Of a stretch of 64,000 nt of DNA, positions 31,531 to 64,000 are shown piece after piece. Under the pieces are notes generated by a model. That model was not told the DNA's origin. It saw nothing but the letters and a program-made list of their open reading frames with translations, and did no database searches. The position numbers were made by a program, and so were the translations under genes. Source of the DNA: the human T2T-CHM13v2.0 reference genome, Homo sapiens. The stretch lies in NCBI RefSeq assembly GCF_009914755.1, contig NC_060927.1; one strand, 5' to 3'. Position 1 is the first letter of the stretch. Each line of letters starts with the position of its first letter.

Positions 31531-33379
31531 GACACCGATAGAAACCTTGCCCAGTTATTTTCTTTGCCTAGGGTAGTTCCTGGAACATGGTTGATGCCCA
31601 GTATTTGTCAAAAGTACGCGGAGGGCAAAGAACTTAAGCGCTCGATAGCGAAGGCACAGGCCCTTCAAAGTCTTTTGAGCTCTGAGCGATACATTAGCAT
31701 GAAGGATCGTAGCTAATATGGGGGTTGATGAAGGAGGATCCTTGGCTGGAGCCCAGGTGTGCATAGGGCATGAGGAAAGCAAGTCATAACGGCCTTTCAC
31801 GTGTCATTAGGAATCTGGGCAGCAGGGTGTGGTTTGGGTTACTCTGGAGTCTATTGACGCAGCCCAGGGTGAGGAGATGAGAACTGGGGGTATTCCTGGT
31901 GTGTACTGTGATGTATGGAGAGGATGGGGACAGGGAGAATGGATCGGGGGTCAGCTGTGGCAGGTGACCAGAAACTTGGTGACAGGCTGAATAAAGATGG
32001 TTAAAAAAAAAAAAAAGTGTTTTGGTTTCTTGGGTTTTTTTTTTTTTTTTTGAGGGAAATCACTGAGAATGAGAAGAATGAAAATAAACGATAACTGTCA
32101 TCAATGTAAAGACTTACTTGCACATTTAACTGACTTCAGTGTCTGCCTACACAGGTATTGCCCTCTTGGAAGGTTTATCCCCAACTCATGGCTTCTGTCT
32201 CTGCAGCAATAAGAAGCCACTTCCCAATAGTTTCCTGATACCCAGTCACCTTTGGGAACTTACGAGGAAAGTTTTTCCAGTCTCTCCGCAGACCCTTGCA
32301 TCTCTTCTCTTTTTGTTTAGACCCTTGACCACCACCCCCTATTCTAATCTTAACTCCTCTGCTACTCAGTTCCAATCCTAACCCAAGCCCTAGTCCCTAA
32401 ATTTATAATCCTTTAATCCTAGACCTGGTCTCTAGATCCTGAGCCCTTGATGCTTATCTTCTAACCTCCTAATCCCAACCTCAAATCCCTAAACCTCAAC
32501 CCATGAATTCTGACCTCTGATTCTCAAACCCCAGGCCCCCAACCCTGACTCCAAAAATGACAACCCATTACTTCTCCCTACACGGAATCACTGACGGAGT
32601 TGTAGCAACTGAATCTGCAGTAGGCCAAAGGACCCAGTGAGTTAGCCAGCAAACTACTCTAAATAAAAGATATGGTGGATAACAGCAAGCCTAAACAAAT
32701 CTTCCTCAAAGATGAGCAACACAAGTCCCAGTCATTATGACAATACCTCTGTATCTCAACAAAGGGGCTTAAATCAGCAAGTCATCCCAGCCCCTGAAGG
32801 AAGAGAACAGTCCTTGTAAGTTGCAAAGCTCTCAGAGGACATGGGTGGCTCAGTAAAGCCCCTGTTCTAGGACACAGCAAAAGAAGCAACACAATAACCA
32901 CCATGGCCCAGCAGATGAGGGCCACAGCCAGCATCGCCACCCCTGAGTCTGCCTTCTCAGTATGATCATCAGGACTTCAGAAGTCCCAGCAAACCAGTTA
33001 AACAGAAGACAAGAACCTTATGTGAAACCAAATTCCAGACAACTGATATAGATGGCATTCCAGAATCTGCAGCATTCCAGCATGCAACAAACTGCAATAA
33101 GTGACACAGATCTCTCCCCGACAGACACCTTATGAGAAGCAAGGGGAAAAAAATGCTCCAATAAAATGGAATCCCAGAATCTCTTCACCATCCCACCCTC
33201 AAACCCCTCCCCATTGCCAGGATGCTATGGCATAAGAGGCAAAGGACAATTCACAGTAGTAATAAAAAACATTTACTAAACACTTAGAAACAGTACTGAC
33301 CAGGTGCCTCATTCAATGCTACGCTTATGTGAATTCTGTATGTATACTGTACTTAGATACAATTTTTTAAAAATTGATA

Positions 33380-36480
<3,101 letters not shown>

Positions 36481-36625
36481 TTGCTTACAATCTGTGTAAG
36501 AACAGAGGGAACCCATGGCATGAGTCAAGTAGTTTGGGGATGAGAAAATAGAATATCTGATATTTTTTAAAGATTCTTATTAATCAAGAGAAATGTTTGC
36601 CAGCCAGGTTTTCTGCTAAGAATCA

Positions 36626-36631
36626 TTTATT
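36626..36631 (-). terminator. SPINK8 poly(A) signal AATAAA
   Basis: tttatt on +, about 130 nt after the stop codon. Confidence 0.75.
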
Positions 36632-36758
36632 GAAGACATAAATCAACGAGTTTGATCCAACCATTAGTAATTAAAGGGGATATATTTGAAGAGGCAACCA
36701 TTGTGTTTCACTTGGCAATCTGGAGATTCAGTAGGTTTTATAATTCTTTGTCGTACGT

Positions 36759-36770
36759 TCAAGAGTTTTC
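36759..36770 (-). CDS. SPINK8: SPINK8 last coding exon (ENS*)
   Basis: tcttgcag|GAA AAC TCT TGA completes a 97-aa protein. Confidence 0.88.
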   Translation of the reverse strand, partial: ENS

Positions 36771-37109
36771 CTGCAAGAGAAGTATCTGCTTAGAGAAATC
36801 AAATTTGAGGAAGTTAAGAGAAAAGCCACCACACTGGTAACCACAACCATAGTTCAGCAGGGGAAATGCTAAACAATTATTCTCTGAATTAAGGCAGGTT
36901 AGAGACATTCTAATTTCACTGGAGAAGGAAAAAGCAGAGTGAAAGTCGGTGGAAAAGAGGCAAAGGATGGGGATGTCTGGGTGAGACTTTGGACTCCAGG
37001 AGAGCCTCTGGGAACTCCTGAGGGGATAGAGGCAGTGGAGTTGACATGAAGCAGGGTCCTGGCAGAGGCCTGTTGGAGGATATGGAGCTTTCCATCTCCC
37101 TAAGAGTGT

Positions 37110-37320
37110 CTCAGGTTTCCCCTTCCCCTCTTTTCCCTTTCCTTTCCCTTCTCTTTCCCCTTCCTTCCTTCCTTCTTTCCTTCCTTCCTTTCCTCCCTTC
37201 CTTCTTCCACTTCCTCTTCCTCCCTATCCCTCTTCTTTCTCCATTTTCATGTCTTCTTTTCTTCTTTCTCTTCCTACTCTCTCTCTCTCCCTCCCTATCC
37301 GCCCCCCCCCCACCTCTTCT
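37110..37320. repeat. Polypyrimidine/polypurine low-complexity tract ((TTCC)n/(CT)n)
   Basis: About 200 nt of almost only C/T on +. Confidence 0.9.
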
Positions 37321-37689
37321 GGAATTATTAGTTTCCTCAAACTCCAATTGATTCTCTAAGGACTGATTTAGGGGAAGGTGCCAATAGCTCATTGTAGTTC
37401 ATCATTATGGTTGGCTCTTAATGCAATTATATACTCATATATATGAGTACATATCTTTATTAAGCCTATATCTCATTTGAGTTCATTCAAGTGTACATCT
37501 CATTTGAGTTTCATGATAACCCAGACAGATGAGTTCTAGCTGAGTCACAGAGGTATTAACTGAAAGATTTGTGACTTTTTCTTCAATGCTCTTCCCCAGA
37601 CATCACATTCTGTACTTGGGATACCTGGGCTTACTACCTATACATAAGAATAACTAAAGCTGTCAGTGGTACTAGCTCTAGATCACTGA

Positions 37690-38033
<344 letters not shown>

Positions 38034-39663
38034 CAGTCTGCATTCTTAATCTCTGCAAATCCTTGGCATCCAAGCTTTCTGAATTACTTTATAAAAGCAA
38101 TATTAATTATATCAACAATTTCATCAGAGCCTTGGTAGAGAGACAGAATTGTGCTCTGCAGTAAAATTTTCAGGTGGTCTCCTATAGTTAACTTTTCATC
38201 CATGGCACAATTAATGTTTACATTTGAAATAAATGAATAAAATGCATTTTTGTCTTAAATAGACTGTTGAGGTCCCAACATGATACAGGGATCTCCCCTA
38301 GAAGATTTGGGATTTTCTAGTCCAAATGTGATGAAAGGAAGCTCACTGTATTTGGATGCCGCACAATTCTTTTCTGGATCGCTCTGATTTAGGGAAAATT
38401 CTATCATTTTATACTGATGTGATATCTTCCTTACCAATCCCTCTTTCTGCATGTCCCTAAAACTCTTCTCCCCTGTTAAATATTAGTCTTTACTTTGGCA
38501 CATAAGTGATTCTTAGAACACTTTGAACACCATTCTATAGATATCCTTAAATTTAAAACCACCCCTTTGAAGTTAAAAGTTTAAAATGGATATAAGACCA
38601 GAGATTTATTTGACAAGAGTCATAGACTGAGGTACAGTCCAGATGTAAAAGGAGGGATTTAGCAGGATTTTTAATGAGTAAGCCCAGCTCAGCAAGAATC
38701 TGACAGAAGTAGAAATTATGTGAGATCTTTTCATAGTTACCCCAAATCATGAAAGTGTCTAAAAGTTCTTGTGATTTCTCTTTAGTGGAACTAGAGAACA
38801 TTCAGGTAATTGACCGTCCCTAAGTGAGTAATATGTGTGCTGGTCTGTAAATCAGATGAGCCCTGTGAGTTTGTCATGGAGATGGTGTCAGAAGACATTG
38901 TCATAAAATTATTACTAAATTATACAATTGTCCTGTTTTACCTGCTTTACCTCCTACTGTCTTTATTTTCTCTTCTACATTGATTTCTCCCAGTCTTGTT
39001 GCCACGCCTCATAATGCAATAATGATCTCTATGGCTTCAGCTGAGTTCTTGCTTTGGACTATAACCTGGAAGTCAGGGACACAATCTCTAGACCTAGGGC
39101 TCCGGCAAGTCCTGGCCCATTCACTCTCAGAATAACTGTTCACATTTCAATTAGTGTCTTTCATTAATATCCTAGATATTGGAAATGACAGGGAAGAGCA
39201 AGGGTGAAATAGATGTTCTTTAAGCTGAATTATCAGGCCAAATTATGTTTCTTCCTCCAGAAGGTGTTATTTTTGGTTGGGGAGATTTGAATATGAAGTA
39301 TGTATTAGAAGATGACAATGAAATAATTAGTTGTAATAAGACCTTCTGAGTATGTAAGGAAATGTCCAAACTTATTAGAGAGGAACTCTGAAGTATGTAG
39401 GAGTGAATAACATGATGTCTGAGACCTGTTTTAATATACTTCATCAAAGAAAACAGAGAAATAAAAGAATAGAGGGAGGAAATGTGGCAAAACATTACAA
39501 TTTATTGAATACACATGATAGGCTTATGGGATCTATTATTGGCTCTACTTTTATGTATGTTTGAAAATGTTCATAACAAAACATTTAAAACCCTCTAAAA
39601 CAGTGAGCTCTTAACTTATCTAGTTTACTTCTAAAAATAAAAAATAAAAGTGTCTTTACTTAC

Positions 39664-39706
39664 ACATTGTCCATCATACAGTTTAGTTATGTTAAGCCCT
39701 TCAAAT
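39664..39706 (-). CDS. SPINK8: SPINK8 coding exon 4 (LFEGLNITKLYDGQC)
   Basis: ttcag|A TTT GAA...CAA TGT|gtaagt, containing the sixth Kazal Cys. Confidence 0.92.
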
Positions 39707-39989
39707 CTGAAAGAAATTATATTTTAAAATTATTTTTGCTGTATGGTATATCATAAATTCTGACTAAATTTTACTTGATAATCTTTGGCTAAGTTTGGGA
39801 AATAAACATTCTGCTAATAATGAATTCTTAGCAAATATTTAAAAATTCTACTATATGAATTTTTATTTGTCAAAGACATTGAGTATATAAAACATACTCA
39901 GTCTACAATAAAATACAGAAATTCAAAATAGCCTTTGAAAATTCAAGTAGAAGTACAGAGGATTAGAAAAAGAATGTGTCTTAAAGTTA

Positions 39990-43900
<3,911 letters not shown>

Positions 43901-43999
43901 AAATATGCATTTGCACCCATTTATAGTTATAAGAACTTTGATAAGTTGCTCCCCTCAGGTCTCAGTGTCTTCATTCAAAAGTGAGCCCTTTTGCTTGGA

Positions 44000-47900
<3,901 letters not shown>

Positions 47901-47924
47901 GTGCAACTGCTAAGAGAATAATTT

Positions 47925-48220
<296 letters not shown>

Positions 48221-49271
48221 TAATTTCTAAGATACACTGAAAGGGAGCTCTTTAGAGGCCATCTCTCAGATGTCTCCTGGTTCCAGCATCGTTTGACTCT
48301 GTGATGCTGCGCATTCCCCAGATGATGCTTTCTGATTGTCAGGTGTCAGCGTCTGTGCCAGTGATTGAGGCTGACACCAAAGTTGTTTACCTTACAACTC
48401 TCGTATGGGTTCTAGTGTAAGCTTTAGTGTTTATTCAGCCAAGAATACAAGAAAGTCCGATCCTGCCCAGCCAAATATCTCTCATCCTGATCAAGAAGAT
48501 TCTTATTCCTTCTCTGGAGGAGAAGCTAAGAAGAGGAAGGGGAGAGAGACTTAATTCTGATCTACTCTTGTGTTTTTGCTTTTCTCTCTTAAGATAGCAC
48601 TCAACTTGTAAGCCTTAGTTAGACAAGGGTGTGGCTTTTCTCCTTAAAGGAGAAGGCAGATGTCAGAGAATCCTCCTAACTGTATACGGAGTTTCCTTCA
48701 TACAAACCCCTGCTCCTCGCTATTCCCCTTGGGCTAAACAATTGGGCGTTTCACTTGTGTGTTACTCAAAGCTTCTAACATGTGATGGGTGCAGAGACTA
48801 AACCACATACTAAGTTGAAAGCAAAAGAAAGTTGTTTTGGAAAATAATATCCATTTTAGGACCAATAAACTATTAGCTGGGAAGATTCTTCACCCAGCTT
48901 CCTCTTCCTCTTCTTTTTGTTCTTTGTTTCTGTTCTTTGGCCTGAGGGGGCATGAGGATGACCTTCATGTAGGGTCACATGATCTACATGCTATGGCTGC
49001 TTGTTTCTGAGTGCCTCCACTTGAGGCTTGTCCAGGTCACACACAGTGCCCTCACCTTAGTGGATTTCTGTTTCTGCATTGTCTGAATAGGATCACATGT
49101 ACCTTTTGAGGTCACAGAAAGGAATGGAAGAAAGGGAGGAACAAATATTGGAGGAATGTCTGGAGAGAAGGTCTCATTGGATGATGTAGGAAGTGGGCTG
49201 AGGTCATCACCCTCTTTTGACCACTCTTAACCTCTTGACTTGAAAGAAAGGGAGAACAAAATTAGGACTTA

Positions 49272-49430
<159 letters not shown>

Positions 49431-49637
49431 TCATCCAGGTCCTTTGGCCGTTATTATGTATAGCTTGGGAGGTGGATGGAATACGAGCACCAGATCAGGA
49501 GTTCAGAGAAAAGGATTCAGAAGCCTCAGTGTTTGACCCCAACAGTTACCACCCACAATATGTATATAATTGCAAAATAATATATAATCTGTGCACTCTC
49601 CAGACTCCCATAAATTCTTTATTAAGATAAAAATACC

Positions 49638-50349
<712 letters not shown>

Positions 50350-50800
50350 TTATCATATGTGGTGCCTCAGATGGCAGGGGCTCAAACTTGTCACAGCAGG
50401 TTGAAGGCACCAAAGGAAGGAGATGGAGGAAATACCTCATAGGGCCTTGGTGTGAGGGAGGCAGGGGGTATGCCTGGCATATCATGGTGGAAACAGTATC
50501 CACTGTGGCATAGGACCTACCTGAATTTGTGCCACGACATCCTCATCCATTTATTGGTGCAAAATACTTGCTTTCTACCCCACAGGTGAGTTATGTAAAC
50601 TGATTGGGAGAACCCTTGAGAAGAGGGCTCAGGAACATATAAAATGTGCTACACTTACTTGGTGACTCAGCTTTTATTGTTCTGTTATTCCCATGCAAGC
50701 CCCCTCCACTGCCCACCTCCCAGAAGAAAGAGCTGGGGCTTTTGGGCAAACTGGCTCTCTCCCCATTCCTGTTATTAGGAACCAAGGAAGCAGTACTCAC

Positions 50801-50850
50801 TATTGTTTTGTCTAGCTGACCTCTTTCAGAGGCCATAGGAAGGGGGAAGT
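50801..50850 (-). CDS. SPINK8: SPINK8 coding exon 2 (DFPLPMASERGQLDKTI)
   Basis: ccag|AC TTC CCC...ATA|gtgagt, with consistent phase. Confidence 0.93.
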
Positions 50851-51329
50851 CTGGAAGACAAAAGCACATACAGAAAAGTTGCTTCTCTGTCTTCTGCCCT
50901 CAGCGAAAAAGGTAAGATGAGGGGAACCCTAGTTGGCACACAGGAAGCATCAAACCCCATCAGAAGAGGCTGGGCTCCTCTTTGATGCAAGCTGCCCTCT
51001 AAAGGAGCAAAGAATCAGGAAATACGTGCCTTTACTTTCTTGTAAAATGGAGTTCTTAATTCTAGCCCTTCCATTTCATAAGTAACAACTTCTGTAATCC
51101 TTGTCAGTTTTTTTTAGTAAACATGCTCTAAGTTACAAATTACCATGAATTCATTATATTGAGATGCCCTAAAAGATGCTGAGTTTCATTAAGGCTTACA
51201 TATTCAATTCAAAGCAGTCTTTGCAATTACATATGTATATAAAATTTTATATAAGTATATATTATAATCACATGATATAATTTTATAGTATATAATATGT
51301 ATAATATGTTATCAACTCTCATATATATC

Positions 51330-55200
<3,871 letters not shown>

Positions 55201-55203
55201 TAA

Positions 55204-56696
<1,493 letters not shown>

Positions 56697-57986
56697 GTGT
56701 GTTAATATTAGGTATGAACTATGATATCTATATATCTTCCACCACTGGTGTGTTCAGGTACCACTCCTGACACATAACCCATGTCTAGCCCAGTTACTGG
56801 CATAAGGTCAACACACAGTATATATTTATTGGATATGTAAATAAATGGGTGCTGGAAAACCCAGCATAGTAGTAAGGGCCACATCACAAAGGCTTTGTGT
56901 TTATTACAGCAGAACTAAGATAAGATTTGCACTAAAAATGACAACTATTGTAGCAGTGGTACATGGGTTAGAGTAAGTCAAGTTAGAGGCAAAGGGAACG
57001 GTTAAGGAGAATATAAAAATATTTTCATGAAATGATGAGAACCTTCACTGAGGAAGTCACTGTTGTGGAAATGTGGAAAAGCATGAATTTACATGATATA
57101 TGAAGTGTTCTATCAACCGAACTTAGTCACTGGTTATGGGCATACAGGGGAGAAATAGGTTTGAGGCAAAAATATAAGGCCATACAACTACAAGAACAAG
57201 GAAAGGGTGATTTGCAAGAAAGATGGAGTGGTCCACTTTGGTTGAGTTATGGTGTGTTCCCGACAGAGGATGAGACTCAGCCAGAAGGGAACACAGCAGG
57301 CTTGCAGGGAGGCTGATACCAATGGCTGATATGCTCAGTAGCAGTGGGGGTGAGGATTGAATGAAAGGTGAGGAAGTGTAGAAATATACCTAGATTTGTC
57401 AACAGATGATTAAATTGGAGAGGGAAGGGGAGGAGAGGGACCAGGCTTATTTGTTTTTTACGTAAGATATGAGAGTCATGAAAAATAGTTTTCAGCTTGT
57501 TACAGAACTCTCCTAAGATGTGAGAGCCTTGAAAAAAATGTTTTAAGTGAGACGCCGTACCAATGGAAAGTAAGAGATTGAAGACAAGTAGGAAAGAGTT
57601 GCAGAAATCGAATAGAAAAACAACATGTTGAGGCCTTCAGAGATTCCCTACTGTTAACTATAAGCATGACTTTTGCTAAAACCCGCCATTAACCAGAATA
57701 ATATCTGAGTCTACTTCCACATAGTCTAATGAGTTTCTTTTTTTGATATGAGATATGTAAATATACAAACTCTAGAAATGTACATTTCTGAGGTTTAAAT
57801 ATCTTAGGTAGTAACCTGGCATTTTGGGAAGTTCAATGTTCCTGGACTTGGATGGTTTGGATTCAAATCCCAGCTTTGATAGTAGCAACATTGTATGAAT
57901 CCTTTCTCTGGGTTTTAATTTCTACATTTGTAACATGAGAAATTAGGATTAAATAAAACTGAACAGCACTTCCACTTCCATCTCTA

Positions 57987-58184
<198 letters not shown>

Positions 58185-58400
58185 TCACAGAGATCCCTCA
58201 CTGACCAGGAAATGAAGTCTAAATACTTTGTTCTTTCCTCAGGTCATTTGGAATGAATTGTGTCTGATGCAACTCAATTGTTTAATTCATTTCCCTAAAA
58301 TCTTTGGACATTTGAAAAAAAAATCTTAAAAACAGAATTTTAGAAGATGCCAGAAAAAGAGTTAGTAAAGAATGCTTGCCAAGGGAAAGAATAAATACTA

Positions 58401-58661
<261 letters not shown>

Positions 58662-58926
58662 TTAATACTTAGTATCCAGTAAAATTACTGAAAGGAAAAT
58701 CATAGTATATTTACCAACAGCTTACTTGCATTATTGAAATTATTATAGTACATACCAATTGATATTTTAATTACTGGTTTCTATTCTCTTCATCCTACAC
58801 ATTTTCCAGGCAAACATTTTTCATTCTATATCGAGGTAATTTCTACCCAAGGCCTCCCCTGAGAAAAAAACCAAGTAATAAATAATACAACCCTTAAAAG
58901 TTTGCAAATTAAGAAGTCCACTTTAC

Positions 58927-59160
58927 CTGCTGTGACTCCCATGGTTGCTCTGAGAAACTGGCTGAACAGGATGGTTTTTGTTGATAGTTTGTTCATAATG
59001 AACTAGGAAGGAAGGCAAAGCTTATTTGTCTTTTCAAGGTTCCAATGCCTGGCAGTAGAAGAGAGTGAGCTTTGAAATTAGGAAGTGTAGATATGACTCA
59101 AATCTATTTCTTTCAACTCTAAATTCTGTAATGCCTAAATCTTGTGAGTTCATATTTCAA
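58927..59160 (-). other. SPINK8: Candidate SPINK8 5'UTR exon
   Basis: Strong donor CAG|gtaaag at 58925-26, upstream of the ATG exon (which has its own acceptor). The 5' boundary is not defined. Confidence 0.45.
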
Positions 59161-60010
59161 ATTTCTGAGGGTGATATGTACTGTCCAGTACTACTCCCAA
59201 ATCTAGCTGTTCTTGCCAAAGCTGAACCTACCATTTTAGACATATGTCATAGACAATTTTTGAATTCCTACATTTTAATTTGCATTATAATTATTACATT
59301 CAAGACGGCTTCAGATATTGACACAATATTATAAAGTACCACATCTGCATGTGCAGTTATTTTATCAAGTCAAAAGTGTTCACTTTATTGAAGCATCTGC
59401 TTTAGATTATTTCTATATTGACTTATAGAGGTTCTATTTATTTTTATTTCTTTAGAGACAAGGTCTTTCTCTGTTGCCCAGGCTGAAGTACAGTGGCATA
59501 ATCACAGCTCACTGCAGCCTTGAACGCCTAGCCTCAAGTGACCCTCTTGCTTGGCCTCCCAAAGCATTGGGATTACAGGTGTAAGCCACTGATTTGGCCT
59601 GACTCACAGGGTTTTAAAGTAGAAAATTACCTTATATGGAATCCTCCAAGTTCAGTCTTATTTAGCAGAGCTGAGAAATCTGGAGATAGAGTGCTCATTT
59701 CCCTTAAATGATAGCTTGTTCTACCATTTGAACAAAAATTTCTCAAAACGCTAACATTTTTTAAAGCAGAAGTTCAGAAGTTATTGGTTATCATAAATTC
59801 CTCAGGTCTAAGTCCTAAATGAATGGCCTTAACTGGGGACATGCCACATAGTTCTGGGAGGTCAAGTGTATTTTCTCAGCACTGCTCTGATCAACCACAG
59901 TGTCTACCATGGTGGTCTTCAGAATTTTTGCTTTTAATCCCTCTAAATTTGGTGCCTGCTTATATATATTTTTAAGTTACATGTAAAATTTTCCATCAGA
60001 AATTTTAATA

Positions 60011-60298
<288 letters not shown>

Positions 60299-60299
60299 T

Positions 60300-60951
<652 letters not shown>

Positions 60952-62365
60952 GTCCCCGCTCTCAACAGGAAAACCCAAGTGCTGTTGGGGGGATTGGCTG
61001 ACAACTGCTCTAACTGCTTCCTGCTCAACTGGGGCATAGTAGGGGTCGTGCAGTTGAGATTTCCTAGGGAGGGGTGCCTTCGATGTCATCAATATCACAG
61101 CATGGGCTAGCAGGCCGGTCCAAGGATCCCTGGTAGATCTTAGTCAGGGACTGCATCTGGGGCTCCATTTGAAGAACATTTGTAGTTTTACAGCTTTGAT
61201 TCTGGAAGAGACAAACTTAACAAGGAGGTTAAAGATACAGGGATTGAAATGTATGGTCTGAAGTTCAGGGGCATATGGGTGTGGGGCTGAAAGTGGGGTT
61301 TCCTTTAGAAAAACTCCTATAAGATGGGGCTTCAATATTTCCGGGAAGCCGCATTCTCCATAGAAGCTCTTGGTAAGGGGAGCTACTGGTAGTATAGCGG
61401 CACGGAGGGGATTACCCTATACTAGGGGGTCCTTCTATAAGCCTTTCTAATGGAGGGTCCTGCCTTGTGGCTCTTTGGCTTCAATATCTGCTTGGCGGTT
61501 CCCTTTCTATTTCCCTTTCCTTTCCTTTCTGATGACTCCTGCAGTGTAAGACTGCCACCTCTTTAGGTTTCTGTACAGCCAATGATAATCTTCTAATGGC
61601 TTCCTGATATTTGATAGGTGTTCCCTCAGAAGTTAGGAATTCTCTTTCTCTCCATATTGCTGCGTGGGCATGGAGGACTAGGTAAGCATACTTAGAGTCT
61701 GTATAGATATTTACCTTTTTTTCTTCTCCTAATTCTAGTGTATAATGGCCCCTGTTTTTGCTAGAATGTCTCTCCCTAACAAGGGAATGGGGCTTTCAGG
61801 CATAATTAGAAAGGTATGTGAAAAGGGTAAAGTTCCCTAGTCACAACTTAGTGTCTGGGAGAAGTATCTAGTAACTGCCTGTCCTAGGACCCCTCGGATA
61901 GTGACAGATCTGGAGGACAGTTGTCTGGGACAGGAGAGTAAGACTGAGAAGGCTGCGCTAGTGTCCAGCAGACAGTTAACCTCCTGGCCCTCAGTGGTCA
62001 AGCATACCTGGGGAGGGTGATGCCAGGGGCTGGCGCTTGCCCCAGGCACCCTCAGTCCTGCTGCTGGATCATCTGGTTAGTGGCTTCTGACTCAGAGGAC
62101 CTTCATCCCCTGGGGCAGTGGGCCTTCCAGTGATACCCTTGAAATAAGGGGCATGGATGAGGGGGTGGCTTATTTCTATTCGGACAATCTTTTTTAAAGT
62201 GTCCTTGTAGACCGCACTGGAATCAAATCCCTATTAGGCATTCGATTTGCCCAGCCTTTCACTTTTCCAGAGCCTCCAAAGTCCACTTGCCTGAAGGCCG
62301 TGACTAAAGCGGTGGCCTTCTTTTTATCCCGTTTGTCCAGTTCTGCCTGCTCCTTCTGATCTCTA

Positions 62366-63106
62366 TTATAAAAACTGAGGCCAAGTTCTTAGTTTAAGTT
62401 TTGTTCCAGGCCTAAGGCGGATTTTGAAGTTTTTTTCTAATGTCTGCAGCTGAGTGATAAACTTACCCTTTAAGATTAGTTGGCCTTCAATAGATCCAGA
62501 TGACAGAGAGGTATGCTTCCTCAATGCCTCCCTTAGTCTCTCCAGAAAGGCAGTAGGATTTTCTTCCTTTCCCTGTGTTATAGTGGGCATCATTGAATAA
62601 TTCATAGGCTTCTTCCTAGTTTTTCTTAGTCCTTCTAGCATGCAAGTTAGCAAATGTCTGCGGCACCAATCTCCACATTCTGATTCTACGTCCCATTGAG
62701 GGTCTACACTGGGAACTGCCTGCTGGCCTGTGGGGAATCGTTCTCTTTCCTCTGTTGTCATCCTATCATTGACCTGACTGAGATACCAGAGATTGCCAAA
62801 CTCTTGGGCTGCAGTTATAGCGGCACTTCTCTCATTTGGGGTTAGTATCTGATCTAGCAGTAACATTATGTCTCTCCATGTCAGATCAAAGGATTGTCCT
62901 AACCCTTGTAAAACATCAATATAGCCATCAGGGTTATTTGAGAATTTACCTAGGTCTATTTTAATTTGCTTCAAGTCTGAGAGGGAAAAAAGGTACACAC
63001 ACTCTGGGCTGAATTCTCCTCCTCCCACCACTTCAAGGGGGCATAATCTGGGAATATTGGCACTCTTTGGTTCATTGTTTACCCCTTTCTCTATCTCCTT
63101 TGGCAC
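62366..63106 (-). pseudogene. HERV-W gag open segment (capsid region)
   Basis: 246-aa ORF with HERV-W CA/major homology region, frameshifted at both ends. Confidence 0.85.
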
Positions 63107-64000
63107 CGTTTGTGTTGAAGGGGGGTCATTATTAGTTGGGGAAGGAGCCGGGGGAACGCCGGGGCAGGGGGGTAGATTCTGAGGGCTTCCTGTAGGGCAT
63201 AAATCACACTTTTAACATAATTGTGAGTTGTCTCTTAATGAAAAGAAAGTTTGCACATATGGCACTTCGCTCCATTTGCCCTATTTTCTACAAAAGAAGT
63301 CTAGCTGTAAGATGGTGTTATAATTTATACTTCCCTTGGAGGGCAGGTTTCTCCCTCTTGAAGAGGATATTGTGGCCAGGGGTACTGCAGAAGAATATAA
63401 GTCGTTTCTTTCTTAGCATCTGAGGGTCAAATTGGTCCTAATTCTCTAGAATACATCTTAGGGGCGTTTTTGCCTGGGAGGGGGGGACGTTTAAAAAGAA
63501 CATAGGGATGCCAGCACCCCTAGTCATTTTCTGATGAGCATTAGTCCTAGAGCGTCCTCTGTGGTCCTAATGCTTATTCCTTTTCAGGGTGCGTAACCAC
63601 CCACGGACCTCTGCTTATCAGATTAGTTACACTCACCGATGTAGCAGTCCTGCACCTGTTTTCCTGCCCTTCTTGACCACAAAGAAAGGGGTCTGGGCTG
63701 CTGGATTCTAGTGGTCCTTTACCAGCGTGCCTGACATTGCCTTTGCACTCAGGAGTGAGTTCTAGAGCTGGGCTGGGTTTCTGAGTATTTCATAACAACC
63801 CAGTTGCCCCATCAAGATGCATTTTCATAAACAACAGTTCTTATGCAAATTCGTTTCAGAGAGGGTGTAGGTAACCTTTTGAGTCAGGATTGAGATAGAG
63901 TTTTTGCCCACTAGGGCCTTTGTCCTTTTCCTTTGTAGGAATATGCCTTAATTATCGAACTTAAGATTTTGTTGCCCTGGATTAAGTCCTTTTGGGTACG

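Noticed and set aside
32580-33060. Decayed coding exon
   Set aside because: Hand translation gave a stop-codon density close to random expectation and no recognisable domain.
37046-37392. Hydrophobic and Arg/Lys-rich ORFs
   Set aside because: They are translations of the CT-rich low-complexity tract.
38255-38452. 65-aa minus-strand ORF in SPINK8 intron
   Set aside because: It has no homology and is out of phase with SPINK8 exon 4.

Overview
Human genomic DNA (about 40 Alus, including a human-specific AluYb8), matching the NME6-SPINK8 region of 3p21.31. Two minus-strand spliced genes were rebuilt with GT-AG junctions: NME6 (5 coding exons, 186 aa, plus an alternative exon-1 donor giving 194 aa) and SPINK8 (5 coding exons, 97 aa Kazal protein, with intronic MIR2115). 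The window also holds an FCF1 processed pseudogene, a Y1 RNA pseudogene, an LTR12 solo LTR, a two-LTR ERV1 provirus with a tRNA-Pro PBS, an L1-retroposed HERV-W copy upstream of SPINK8, and old L1, L2, MaLR and Tigger repeats. The most striking observation is that the provirus at 2553-8603 carries a spliced, internally deleted, G-to-A-mutated fragment of riboflavin kinase (RFK) mRNA in place of most of gag-pro-RT, which looks like retroviral capture of a cellular gene. Gene and family identities come from recalled reference sequences, not from database searches. Repeat boundaries are approximate.
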